A stretch of DNA of 64,000 bases. Origin: Chlorokybus atmophyticus. Taxonomy: Eukaryota; Plantae; Mesostigma and Chlorokybus algae. Numbering within the stretch: the stretch's first letter is position 1; the number at the start of each line of letters is the position of its first letter. Below the pieces are notes generated by a model. The model ran no database searches, was not told the origin of the DNA, and was given only the letters and a program-made list of their open reading frames with translations. Shown here one piece after another: positions 34,789-46,713 of the stretch. The stretch is taken from positions 62,001 to 126,000 of the forward strand of contig RHPI01001311.1 in NCBI GenBank assembly GCA_009103225.1. The letters run 5' to 3'. A program made the translations under genes and the position numbers.

Positions 34789-37700
34789 TGTTGAGAGTAT
34801 TCCTACATACGATCAGCATCGACCCTCCACACAGGAGTAGAAGGTCGTAAGGACGAGCACTAGGTCCGGACTTAGCAAGATGGCATCGTCGGACCAGACT
34901 CCGGACTCCAGACTGGAGCCTTACTAACTGCTTCGTATCTCCGCGTATACTTACTCATATTAGGCGTGTAAGAGCTTGTTGGAAAGCTCTGGTTGTAAGC
35001 AAGACAACGCAACTTAGAGCACGTCAAAAGGCTGAGTATAGCTTACGCAGTGCTTGTAAACGTAGACGTGTGTGTAACTGGCTGGTATAAGAACCAGCGG
35101 ACAACTTGTAATAGATGAATGTGATGTGACTTGTGTATGCTCTGGTGGCGGTAGCTCTGTCCGTGTGTATCCATGCTTGCATGGGCTACATGTGCATGCT
35201 AGTCCTTCAACAGGTTATGGGCCCACACTACGCTTGAGGAGTGTGAGACTAGCTTGTGTGCATAGTAGTTCTACACTACGGTAGCTTGTTAGTAGCAGAG
35301 CCTTGGGTGTCAACTGCAAGGAAGGCAGGCACGACAGAGATGGAGGCGACCTACGACAAGGGGCAGATTGCAAAGTTAGACACCGACAACTACAACACAT
35401 GGTGCGTGGGAATGAAGGCCTTGCTCATTTACAAGAAGGTGTGGAAGTACGTCGATCCGAAGGCACCACCACCAACACCAGGAGCGAACACTGTGTGGTC
35501 AGAGCATTCAGCAGAAGCACACTCTTTGCTTGTGTTGAACAGCAAACCGCATCACTTTCCCATGCTCACTGCATGTGAAGATGGTAGACAAGCTTGGGAA
35601 AAGCTATCAGCCGTTTTCAGAGCCAAGAACAATGCCAGAAAGTTGCATCTATGCAAGCAGCTGAGCGCACTCAGGAAGGAGGCAGCAGAACCCATCACAA
35701 AGTATGTTGCGCGCGCGAGAGAGCTGTGGGCGGACCTCATCAACGTCGGCCACAACATGGGGGAGACGGAGGTAGTGCTGGCCATTATTGCAGGGCTACC
35801 AGCAGAGTACGAGGTCGTCGCAACCCTGCTGGAGACGTCATCATCGGAGTTAACGTTGGACGATGTGCTACCGAAGCTGCTCACCGTGGAGTAGAGGGTT
35901 GTGAAGAAGGACGAGCAAGCTGATGCCGTCGCCTTCTACACCGGCAAGCACGCAAAGAAGAGCAACCATGAAGAGAAGTACAAGGGCAACAAGCCAGGCA
36001 ATCCTCGTCACAAAGACCTCATATGCCACTGGTGTGGTTGGAAGGGGCACATTGTGAAGGACTGTAGGAAGAAACAATTGGGGCAACCTAGAGCAAGCAC
36101 CAGCAACATCGGCAACGAGCACCAACACAAGGAGAAACATGTCGCCTTCACTGCATCCAGTTCGAGGGCGGGCACAGCTTTCTGGGTGGTGGACTCTGGC
36201 TGCGATCGTCATCTCACACCAAACAAGGAGGTGATGGAGGGCTACAGGAAGCTGACGTCCACAATCAAGGTGGCGGGCTTCGGTGGCGAAGTACTGGTGG
36301 CTGAGGGAGTTGGCAACGTACGACTCCAGTGCAAGGTTGGTAACACACTACGCGAGGTGTTGTTACGCAACGTCCTGCATGTTCCTAAGGCTATTGCGAG
36401 TCTATTCTCTGTGAGGGTTGCGGAGCGCTTAGGCGCGGAGATCCTATTTCGGAAGGGTGGCTGCTCAGTCATCCTTGATGGGGTCGTGCACATGGTTGGA
36501 ATCGCTGATCCGGGAGGGCTCTACCACGTGGAGCAGCCTCAAGACAGAGACATTCAAGCCATGGTGGTGAAGGACAAGGAGTCGCCAACATTGTGGCATC
36601 GAAGGTTCGGGCATCTCAGCTACGTCAACCTCACTCGCCTTGTCGCTGAGAAGATGGTCAAGGGCATCCATCTCAGCACAGAAGAACTCAAGAATGCATC
36701 AGGTGCACTTTGTGAACCATGCCTGGTTGCAAAGCAGCATGCTATGCCATTCCCATCATCCTCTTCTAGCAGTCAGCATCCTTGCGAGCTTGTGCACATG
36801 GATGTCTGTGGCCCTATGCGCATTGTGGCGAAGGGAGGGGCCAGGTACTTTGCTACATTCCTCGACGACTACAGCAAGCTGTCCATCATCTTTCCATTGA
36901 CGCTCAAGTCAGAAGTTGCTGGAGCTGTGCGCACAGTTGTGGCCTTGTTGGAGACCCAGTCTGGCAACAAGATGACGGCAATGAGGAGTGATCGAGGAGG
37001 GGAGTACATCAACAAGGAGTTGAAGAAGTTTTTCGCCAGCAAGGGCATACGCCACGAGACAACGGCACCCTACACCCCGCAGCAGAATGGAGCAGCTGAA
37101 CGCCTCAACAGGACACTCTTGGAGCGTGTTCGAGCCATGCTCAACGACACAAAGATGGAAGACAGTTTGTGGAAGGAGGCGGTACTCACTGCCAACTACA
37201 TCCGCAACAGGTCTCCGGTGAGCTCAGAGCAGAAGACTCCGTGGGAGCACTTCTATGGAGCCACACCAGATGTGAGTGGTATGCGTGTGTTTGGATGCAC
37301 GGCATATGCACTAGTGCCTAAACAGCTCAGGCANCCGTCAGCAAAAAGGGCATCTTTTTGGCTATGAACCGGGTTCCAAGGCTTACAGGATCTTGCTCGA
37401 GGACACTCAGAAGATCATTGTGAGCAGAGAGGTGGTTTTCCATTAGGGATTATCACAGCCAGAAGCAGGCTTCTTTCCGGGAGATGACGATGAAGTACAG
37501 CCACAGGAGCATCCCAAGACAGTGGAGGCTGAGGGCGAGGCAGTCATCAACAACAAGGGTCAGCGAGACTCAGTTGTAGCAGGCCAGAAGAAGCCGCACG
37601 TACAGCAGGAGCACGCAGCTCGGAGATACCCAGTGAGGGAGAGAAAGGCACCTGACTTCCTACACAAGGCACACGTCGCCAGTGTGCATAATGAGGAGCC

Positions 37701-39690
37701 AAGCACCTACGAGGAGGCATTGTTAGCACCAAATGCGGAGCAATGGCAGCGTGCTATGGACGAGGTGATTGCGTCACTCCATGCCAACAACACTTGGTCA
37801 CTGGAGCAGATTCCGCAAGGAGTGAAGACCGTTCCAGTGAAATGGGTCTTCAAGGTGAAGCGTGATGGTCAGGGCAACATTGAGCGCTACAAGGCAAGAC
37901 TGGTGGCAAAGGGCTTCTTGCAGCAGGAAGGTGTGGACTTCAACGAAGTGTTTGCACCTGCAAGTAAGCATACCACCTTCCGTGCACTGCTAGCTGTGGT
38001 TGCTGCTGAGGACCTCAAGCTGCATCACCTGGATGTGAAGACTGCCTTCCTCTACGGAGAGCTGGAGGAGGAGATCTTCATCGAGCAACCACCTGGATAT
38101 GAAGAAGGGGAGAGAGACACATCGTGCAAGCTGATCAAGGCACTATACGGGTTGCGACAGGCACCGCGTATGTGGCACATCAAGCTCACCAAGGAGCTGG
38201 AGGCACTTGGCTTCACCGCATCCTCTGCAGACCCTGGGCTCTTCATCCATGCAGACAACAAGGTCTGGCTGCTCGTGTATGTTGATGATATCATCATCAC
38301 CGCCAGGCAGGTGCACCACCTGCAGGAGACGAAACTTGCTCTACAGCAAGCATTCTCAGTTCGTGATCTTGGAGAGGCCAAGTGGTTCCTTGGCATGGTG
38401 ATTGAGCGCGACAGGGCGGCTCGCACAATCAAGATCAGTCAGGAGCAGATGGTGAGAAGACTCGTCACCAAGTTTGGGCTTGCTGAAGCGAAGACCAAGA
38501 CCACACCGTTGGCACTTGGCACTGCCCTCATCAAGGCAAGGATGAGGAGGTACTCGACAAGGCTCAGTATCCATATGGTGAGCTGGTAGGCAGCATGCTC
38601 TATCTGGCAGTGTGCACACGTCCCGATGTTGCACATGTGGGAGTACTTGCTCGCTACATGTCTGTACCGAGCATGGAGCACTGAAGAGCAGCAAAGGGGG
38701 TACTACGCTATGTTGCTGGGAGCGCAACAGTTGGCATCAAGTTTGGGAGCGGGAGCACTGAGTTGGAGGGCTACTGCGACTCGGACTTTGCTGGTGACCT
38801 CAACAGCAGGAGGTCCACTACAGGCTACGTCTTCAAGCTGAACGGAGGCGTGGTGAGCTGGAACAGCAGGCTGCAGCCAACAACAGCAGCATCTACATCA
38901 GAGGCTGAGTACATGGCAACGGCAGCAGCAGTAAAGGAGGCACTCTGGCTTCGCAAGCTCATGGCAGACTTGGAGCATCCCATGGCGTGCATCGTCATCA
39001 ACTGTGACAACCAAGGAGCCATCAAGTTGTTGAAGCACCCTATCGCCTCGGCAAGGACGAAGCACATTGATGTCATGCATCACTTTGTGCGTGACAGAGT
39101 CACAAGGAAGGAGGTGGAGTTCCAGTACTGCAACACTGAGGGCATGCTGGCGGACTTCATGACAAAGCCATTGTCACCACTCAAGTTCAAGACTTGTTGT
39201 GCAGGACTTGGCATCTGTGTTTGACTACAGGAGCAAGCGTTGGAGGTCAAGCTGCTCGCGTGGGAGTGTTGAGAGTATTCCTACATACGATCAGCATCGA
39301 CCCTCCACACAGGAGTAGAAGGTCGTAAGGACGAGCACTAGGTCCGGACTTAGCAAGATGGCATCGTCGGACCAGACTCCGGACTCCAGACTGGAGCCTT
39401 ACTAACTGCTTCGTATCTCCGCGTATACTTACTCATATTAGGCGTGTAAGAGCTTGTTGGAAAGCTCTGGTTGTAAGCAAGACAACGCAACTTAGAGCAC
39501 GTCAAAAGGCTGAGTATAGCTTACGCAGTGCTTGTAAACGTAGACGTGTGTGTAACTGGCTGGTATAAGAACCAGCGGACAACTTGTAATAGATGAATGT
39601 GATGTGACTTGTGTATGCTCTGGTGGCGGTAGCTCTGTCCGTGTGTATCCATGCTTGCATGGGCTACATGTGCATGCTAGTCCTTCAACA
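34789..39690 (+). mobile_element. Ty1/copia LTR retrotransposon, defective, inserted in the E1 integrase zinc finger
   Basis: LTRs 34789-35212 and 39267-39690 (424 bp, identical by eye, TG...CA); TSD GGGGT; PBS GGTTATGGGCCCA directly after the 5' LTR. Removal restores E1 QVQGFVSHCHQC. Confidence 0.95.
35340..39224 (+). pseudogene. Copia gag-PR-INT-RT-RNase H with in-frame stops and frameshifts
   Basis: UBN2-like gag; CHWCGWKGHIVKDC; WVVDSGC protease; GAG-pre-integrase WHRRFGH; HMDVCGP integrase; YVDDII RT; YCDSDFAGD RNase H. TAG at 35892-35894 and breaks near 37333-37445 and 38545. Confidence 0.93.
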
Positions 39691-39695
39691 GGGGT

Positions 39696-40863
39696 TCGTC
39701 AGCCACTGCCATCAGTGTGACATGGTGCGCGCCAGCCTCAACACGCATAGCGCCACCTTGCACCCACTCCCCATCTCCGGTCTCTTTTACCGGTGGGGGC
39801 TTGACATCTTGGGGGACTTGGCACCCTCAGCGCGTGGCAACCGATACAGCCTGGTCATGATCGAGCACTTCTCCAAATGGGTGGAGCTGGTACCATTACC
39901 CGACAAGAGCAGCAGAGGGGTGTCTCAAGCCTTCCTCTCTCACGTTCTCAGCCGATTTGGCAGCTGCGCCGAGGTCTTTACTGACCAAGGAACTGAGTTC
40001 AGAGGGGAGTTCGACACCCTCTTAGACAAATGTTACATCGACCACCGTCGTACCTCGCGTGATCACCCTCAAGCCGACGGTCTCGCCGAGCGTACAGTGC
40101 AGACCATCAAGAAGGCACTCCGCAAGTACGTGCTGGAGTACGAAAAGAATTCTTGGGATGACCACCTCCCGTGGGTAGCCCTCGGATATCGTTTGTCATA
40201 GCAGGCGGCGCTGCGTAAGTACAGCCCGTACTACCTGCTGTTAGGGCGACCACCATTGCTCCCCTTCCGTGCGCAGCAGGAGGTGGATCGCGTCGTGAAC
40301 AACCTCTACGACCCTAACTGGATGCACCACGACATCATCAAGCGCGCCGCGCTTTTCAAGCGCACCATCCCCATGGCCTTCAACAATCTGTGCATCGCGC
40401 AGCATCGCGACACGCTGCGCTACGAGCGCGTACGCAGCGGCTTATACAAAGAGCGCCAACGGCGGTTCCAAGCGGGGGACTTTGCCTATCGCATGACAGT
40501 CACTAAAGACACGCTTGACACCTCCGTGGGTCGCACCGTCTACAAGGTACTCAAAGTGTACCCCACATGGGTGCTGGACCTCCTTGGTCAAAACGGAGAG
40601 AGGATGAAGGACAACATGGTGAACTGTGCGCCATGTCACCTTCCTTACGTAGCCGACTTCGGGCGTATCTAGCACCCTCGTCCCGCGCGCAGCACCCGCT
40701 GTGAACGCTGCGGCAGCGCCGGCGACGATGCACTCATGATGCTCTGCGATGGCTGCAACAAGGGCCTGCATTGCTACTGCCTGGAGCCACCTTTGGACGC
40801 GATACCCATGGAGGAGTATTGGTGCGACGATTGCCGTACCAACGGCCCTCCTCACTTGCGTTA
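39696..40863 (+). pseudogene. E1 integrase core and C-terminal PHD finger
   Basis: WGLDILG, TDQGTEF, GLAER; PHD CERC...CDGC...HCYC...WCDDC at 40700-40834; several TAG stops. Confidence 0.9.
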
Positions 40864-40902
40864 GCAGCAGAACTCTGAAGCTGGAACCTCCTACAGAGCC
40901 CA

Positions 40903-41810
40903 GGGGGGGTGGCTTGTTGACTGTGTGTCCTACAGCACAGCATGTACACTAGACTCGACTCCCCTCGACCCGACAGCTGTCATGCCTATCACCCGGGCAT
41001 GCCAGTTTTCATCGGGCATGCCTACAGCGAGACCCTCGCCCGGCTTACCAGCATGGCGACCCGTGCGCGTCACTGACCAGTAGCTAGGTCATGTCTCTAG
41101 AGTAGCTCATAACCATAGCCTACATAGGCACCACGCATAGCTGTTCAGTTGTGAGTTCAGTTATAAGTTGGGTTCTATATCGAGTGGGGATTTCTTGTGG
41201 AAATAGCCTCGATATGACCGTTAGCTTATGTTCTGGACAGTCATGAGTTGACTAGTATTAGTAGGCACAGTGTTCACCGGATCAGCTGGTGACACTGTGA
41301 GTGAGAAAGCTAAGAGCTTGTAAAGCGACTTGATCTACGAAACACGCCGTCCCGGTTCCCAAGAATCCCCTCACCGTTTGAGAGCCTGTGCATGTTCTTG
41401 TGCACTGTGCTTGTCCTTGTTATGAGCTTGGTGTACTTGGTCGCGGTGTGCTTGTTGGCATCAGTCAGGGCATAGCATCCACGTGTTGCTTGCTCATTCA
41501 CCTCACTTAACAGTGTAATCTCTCTTCCACTCATGCAAAGAACTGTATAAACAGCGCTACCTATAGCAGTGGCTTGTTGACTGTGTGGCCTCCAGCACAG
41601 CATGTACACTAGGGAGAACACCGACTCCACCTGCCCGTACTACCCGACAGCAGCAGACCAGCTGCACAAAGCACTTGTCACCATGAGGGTTGGGGTTATC
41701 TTTTGCTTTTGCTGCGCGTTACAAAGGTGGCGCAGTAGCATGTCTAGCAAGCATGTCTGTCCCTGCAGCTGTTTGAGACAGCGTGACCCTCGACTCCCCT
41801 CGACCCGACA
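40903..41810 (+). repeat. E1 3' terminal block: G7 PPT, B1 (40910-40975, internally deleted), GC, A2 (40978-41582), B2 (41583-41810)
   Basis: B1 shares its first ~43 nt and last ~22 nt with B2; the junction reads CCGACA-GC-TGTCATG. Confidence 0.88.
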
Positions 41811-42171
41811 ACCGTAACCATTAGGCTACGGCAGCAAAAATCGCTGTCGTAGGGGGAGCCACATGTTCCATATATGCCCTATCCCATATAAATTACATTC
41901 CTCCCAACCCCGTTGTCCATGGGGTCGTCGCCACGCGACTGCAAGTCTTATTAAGCTTCGCTTGATACGGTACGCGGCGAGTCGCATGCCTGACCGTCCC
42001 CATGAGACCCTCGTCACTGCACGTTGACAGCCAATTATTAGGCAAACCTGCAACCGCTCAGACGGTCGTAGGTTATGAATTACCGCCGCTTTAACGAGTC
42101 ACGAGCGCGCTTTCAGTCACTACTTTGCCAATTTTGCCTTGTATCGTTTTACGACAATTAGCAGTTCTATT

Positions 42172-42251
42172 CCCCCCGATTCGAACTTGTGCCGCTCAGC
42201 TCCGTTACCGCTGTAACTTCGGCGGCGCCTTAACCACTAGGCTACGGCAGC
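42172..42251 (-). pseudogene. tRNA-like (Leu/Ser-type) sequence: pseudo-tRNA or SINE head; a truncated paralogue at 41811-41835 is the E1 target
   Basis: The minus strand GCTGCCG-TA-GCCT-AGTGGTTA-AGGC...GTTCGAATC has an A box, D stem and B box but no intact acceptor or anticodon arm. About 70 nt of upstream sequence with TATATG motifs is shared by both copies. Confidence 0.55.
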
Positions 42252-44130
42252 ATAAGTCGATGCCGCCATAAGCGGAGCCACATGTCTCATATATGCCCCA
42301 TCCCATATAGATTACAGTAATGTTTGTTGCGGACATGTTTGAAGCCATCCAAAGTTTGGATATGCTCGTAACAAGGAGCAACTCTTAAAGACAAAAACCT
42401 ATTAGACGGTTAGCATGACAGCTGTTATGCTGCGCGGAGTCGAATGTAAACCTTTGGTGCAGCAGTGCTCGAGATGTCTCTAAAAAGTTGTATGTATCGA
42501 CACCTCGTGAAGACCAAAAAGATTCATGTTGTAGACTCATCGTGTACGTGTGTGAGGTGCGCCGATTATACGGTAGCCGCTACAGCAATAGTCTTTCATA
42601 GGGACCTTCAATAGTGGTGAATTAGGCAGCATTAGTGCATGCCGTTGTGGCATTCACCACACGACATCATCGGCGCATCAATGTCAATGCTGCCGTACTT
42701 GTCACAGCGTTTGCGACAGCTAGTACTGACAAGGGTGGCGCTTACATCAAAGCCTGCCACTTGTGGGAGACGGCAGGGTGCACAGTTGGTTGCTGATAAC
42801 AGATTATAATACGAATGACGTATGACTCTTATTGCTTATCTGCAATTAACTTATTATTTATTAGACCTAGAACTTTGATATCTCCTCCAATGACTCGCTA
42901 AGAATAGTAACAAGAATAATGTGGCATGCATGTTGCTGTGCACAATAACATGTACAGGGACAAGCGTAAGGAGGGCAATGTGAAAATTAGGCAATTGTAG
43001 CATGAAACTTGCAAAAGCTGCAGCATTGAGATCGACAGCGCCAACAATCATGACAACCACAAGGCCACAAGAAAGGATAACGACCATGAAGACGTAAACA
43101 TGCTGCAGGTTACTTGTATACGCGGAGCGCTTCCGCAGCTTCTTCTGGTTGCAGCTCGACCGCCGCCCCGTCTTTTCCTCACCTCTTACTCTTTCGAATC
43201 TCCTTGAGCTGACCTTCCTCCTCGCACCCCGCCAGCAATATGCCCTCAATGCCGCAGCAGAAGCATACACATGTGCCAGTAGTACCAGTAGCAGGACCAA
43301 TAGCGATCGCATAGCCAGTAGCGTAACCCGCATGGATTGGCGTAACAATAGTAAGTCACGTGCGCAGTGGCGTGTTTTCTGTGTGCGGAGTTCAGAGGCG
43401 GCCACGTGGCTGACCGTCAAGGAGGGAGAGATGGCGGAGGAGGGGGCGGCGGCGGCGGCGGCGGCGGCGACGTGGAGGTGATGAGCATCGTGTTAAGTAG
43501 AAAACAGTTCTCTTATGCAAGCATGGCCAGTCCCTCCTGCAAGCCCATGCATGGCCGCGTGTTATGACGATGATTGTCGCTATGGTAGAATCAATCATCA
43601 AAGCACTATTACCCGAAAAAAGTGCCCGTGTACGACACGTGTACATTAACATTGGCAACAATCCGGTGGTTGTCTTCAGGATCCCTATGCTGGATAGGTA
43701 ATGACTGAGTGCGTGTGTGCGCACTTGCGTGCATGCGACAGGAACTGCAACATGTGCACGTGTAATATCGCAGCATAGAACTGATATACCCATATGTAGG
43801 TACCCTAGCACTCACTCCCAATGTTATCCACGTCCTGTGTACTTGTGTATGCAAACTTGCACATGTACATGGCCTGTGCTCGCGAACGCATGCGCACTCC
43901 CACATCAACCATTATCCACGCACGCACACACACTCCCATACCCCTAAAATTTGTGGCCGCATGCATGCATCAACTCCCGCTCGTCACCACCACCCAGCAT
44001 CAAAACAGTAGTAGAAGTTACGCTGTTTGATTCAGTATCACACGCACATATGTGTATACATAGGTCTAGACGGCAAGGCGCTGCGGCCGTGCAAATCCTT
44101 CTTGCAGCCTTGTGCTTTTTGATCAAAGCT

Positions 44131-44313
44131 CCCCCCCCCCCCCCCCCCCCCCCCNNNNNNNNNNNNNNNNNNNNNNNNNNNNNNNNNNNNNNNNNNNNNN
44201 NNNNNNNNNNNNNNNNNNNNNNNNNNNNNNNNNNNNNNNNNNNNNNNNNNNNNNNNNNNNNNNNNNNNNNNNNNNNNNNNNNNNNNNNNCACCCCCCCCC
44301 CCCCCCCCCCCCC
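44131..44313. other. Assembly gap flanked by poly-C
   Basis: N run 44155-44289. Confidence 0.98.
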
Positions 44314-45266
44314 TGCAACTTAAGGTGGGCGCACGCTGTAGCAGGCTTGCTGCACCCCCACTTTGGCTGCTTGAAGGGTGTCACAGCAGCGGGCACGCCG
44401 CCCACACGCGCAACGTATTGCTACTGTTGCTGCTGCATGATTGGAAAGAGTGGTGGGGGTGTTGTTGACGCAGCTGATTATAGTAGCACACTGATGCGAG
44501 CATGGCGTGCGGCTGGACACTTGTGACATATTTACACAACAATGGGGTTGTACTAGTTACACGCACATGGACAATGCTGGGCGGAAAGTGGAGTACAGTG
44601 CGCATGAGATACAATGTTGGGCGTCAATAAACAGCGTAGAAGACCTTCTGGGCTGTTACGCATTTCGTTCGCTGTTGCTCTGGCTGTCCATACAAGCTAT
44701 GACAGGCAGAAACGCAATACAAGAGCTCACGACTTCACTCCTAATAGGGTTGCATAAATGTTGATGGTACCTGCGCTTGGCATGGTTAAGCGGCTTGGGT
44801 GTCTGGTGTACTGGTATAGTGACGGTGAGGCTAACTTTGTGCGATGCAGGCAGGCGTGAGGCAAGCGTGGGTGAGGCGAAGCAACTTGTGTCCCTCATGC
44901 TGCGTAGCAGAGCAGAACATTTTGGGCTGTGTGCCTGTATGTGTCTCGGGTGCATCCCTCTATCTCGCCCTTTGCATATGCACGCACACGTGCACGGCCG
45001 TTGTGTACTTGCATGTTATGTACACATAGTGTCGCAGATACATGCGGACTGCTACTACTGTAATTGTGTACGTCAAACACAACATTACACAGCCCAAACA
45101 TCATGTCACACACATCACACGCATATCATCATCAACCAGCGGTGTGAGTGTATGCACACCGTATAGATGTACATATACGTTATTGTTATATACATATATA
45201 CCCAATATGCTCTGTGCAAGCGTACACCTACACCCACATTCAGACCCATAAACCCCCCTGCCGGCG

Positions 45267-46713
45267 TCATGATGCTAACACATACCCAACAATATCGTCA
45301 TGCAACAGGCTGGCCAGAATGCGCTCCCACTTGTTGCGCGACAGCCCTCCCGCCGTTGAAGGCAACACGCCGTTGACGAAGAATGTTGGCGTGCCAGAAA
45401 CTGCCCGAGAACACCCATACTGCATTTGACAGATGAGTGTAGTAGTCAGCCTGATGTTGATGTTGGGTTGCTGCATGTGAACAGCACACGCGCGACCGCG
45501 CACAGGCGAAACGCATGCACACGCGCGCACGCACACGCACACACGAGCGCCCTCACAGGTCACTGGTGGGCATATACGCACACACATAACAGAAAAAGGC
45601 TTTGCTTGCCTTGAATGAGACGCGGGTGTCGAGCTCAGTGTGCCAGTCCGCCATCAGCTTCATGAAGTCTTCTTTTGTGAGGTTTGGAATGGAGTCTTGT
45701 GCGAGGGATGCGAGCTTGTCGAGGACTGAGGATGGCGACTCCAACAGTGATATCTCCTCCTGGAATAGATTATGAGACATCAGCTGTTCAACACACGCGC
45801 TCGATTCATGTTTGCACGCAGGTGTATGTGTGCGCGTGAGCATGCGCGCATGCGTGCATGCGTACTTGCGTGCGCGTGCGTGTGTGTTTGCGTGTACGTG
45901 TGTGTGTGCACATGCGCGCATGTTGCATTTGTGTTCGTGTGCGTGCACAAATACACGTATGCGCACACATGGGCGCGCGTGCGCGCACACTGTCACATGC
46001 GCACGCAGATGCGTTCAATCAATTCATAAGACCTCTCTCACCTGTGCGTCAGATATGCTCTCCAAGTAAGGAAAAGCTAAAGACTGATTCTTGGATGCGA
46101 TGGCGTGTATGGCCTTCGAACATAGGAACGAGTTGCGATGGTACCTGGTAATCAACAACCAACACGCAAAATGTTGCGTACATGCACCCACAAATTGCAC
46201 ACTAGGCACACGCGCCAGCGCATACGCACATGCACACATATGCACACGTGCAAGCACGCTCACGCAGGCACGCGCGTATCCTTACACATGTGTGCATGCG
46301 CGTGTATGCGTGAAGATGCGCGTACGCGCTTAATGTACGACACACGTACGGTAGGGGAAAAGTGTGCAGTAGGAAGTTGACTTGATCAGAGTAACTTTTC
46401 GTCATCAACACGGCTTTCAACTCCGGCCAGGCCGAGCGGCAATCGGGACAGAGAGGATCAAAAAACCCATCAATAACGACTGATGAACCCTGTTGGAGGT
46501 TGCAACAACATAAGCAACAACACACAGCAAACAGTAACATAACAACATGCACATTAATCGCAGCTTCACCTTTATTGTGGGGTTGAAAGGGAAGCCTTCC
46601 GGGCGTTTTGGGATGGGTATTTGAGCATTTATGACCACTGCGGTTGTCGTCAACAATACAAAGACGAAAACTAGACTAACATTGTGTTGACAGAGTGCTG
46701 CTGCTCGCTTCAT
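45267..46713 (-). CDS. Secreted DsbA/thioredoxin-fold protein (plant Thioredoxin_4-like), 5 exons, 229 aa
   Basis: Exons 46713-46570, 46489-46350, 46144-46042, 45759-45610, 45419-45267 (690 nt). Signal-peptide-like N-terminus, FDPLCPDC, HTFPLPYHRNS, YGCSRAVSGTPTFFVNG. Intron 4 is GC-AG. Confidence 0.88.

Larger units (their letters stand above)
7027..41810 (+). mobile_element. E1: DNMT-encoding Ty3/gypsy-like retroelement with split direct repeats (A1-body-B1-A2-B2), degenerate, carrying four nested insertions
   Basis: Starts TGTCATG (7027) and ends CCGACA (41810). Flanks GCCG (7023-7026) and ACCG (41811-41814) form a 4-bp TSD with one mismatch. The joined flanks match a neighbouring repeat copy at about 42215-42250. 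Polyprotein fragments are collinear with E2. Confidence 0.85.

Noticed and set aside
35892-35900. Programmed readthrough between copia gag and pol
   Set aside because: TAG-AGG lacks the CARYYA context, copia elements normally have one ORF, and CAG>TAG decay is simpler.
40978-41810. Reading A2+B2 as an ordinary 3' LTR with a truncated 5' LTR
   Set aside because: It does not explain the extra B1 between the PPT and A2, and the same arrangement occurs in two diverged elements bounded by TSDs.
42172-42251. Functional tRNA gene
   Set aside because: The 3' acceptor strand and T stem do not pair, and the anticodon loop lacks the conserved U.
42854-44955. Possible spliced gene (plus-strand exon from ~43108 LLVYAERFRSFFWLQ..., or minus ORF 42854-43420)
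   Set aside because: No recognisable domain, the strand is ambiguous, and an assembly gap interrupts it.
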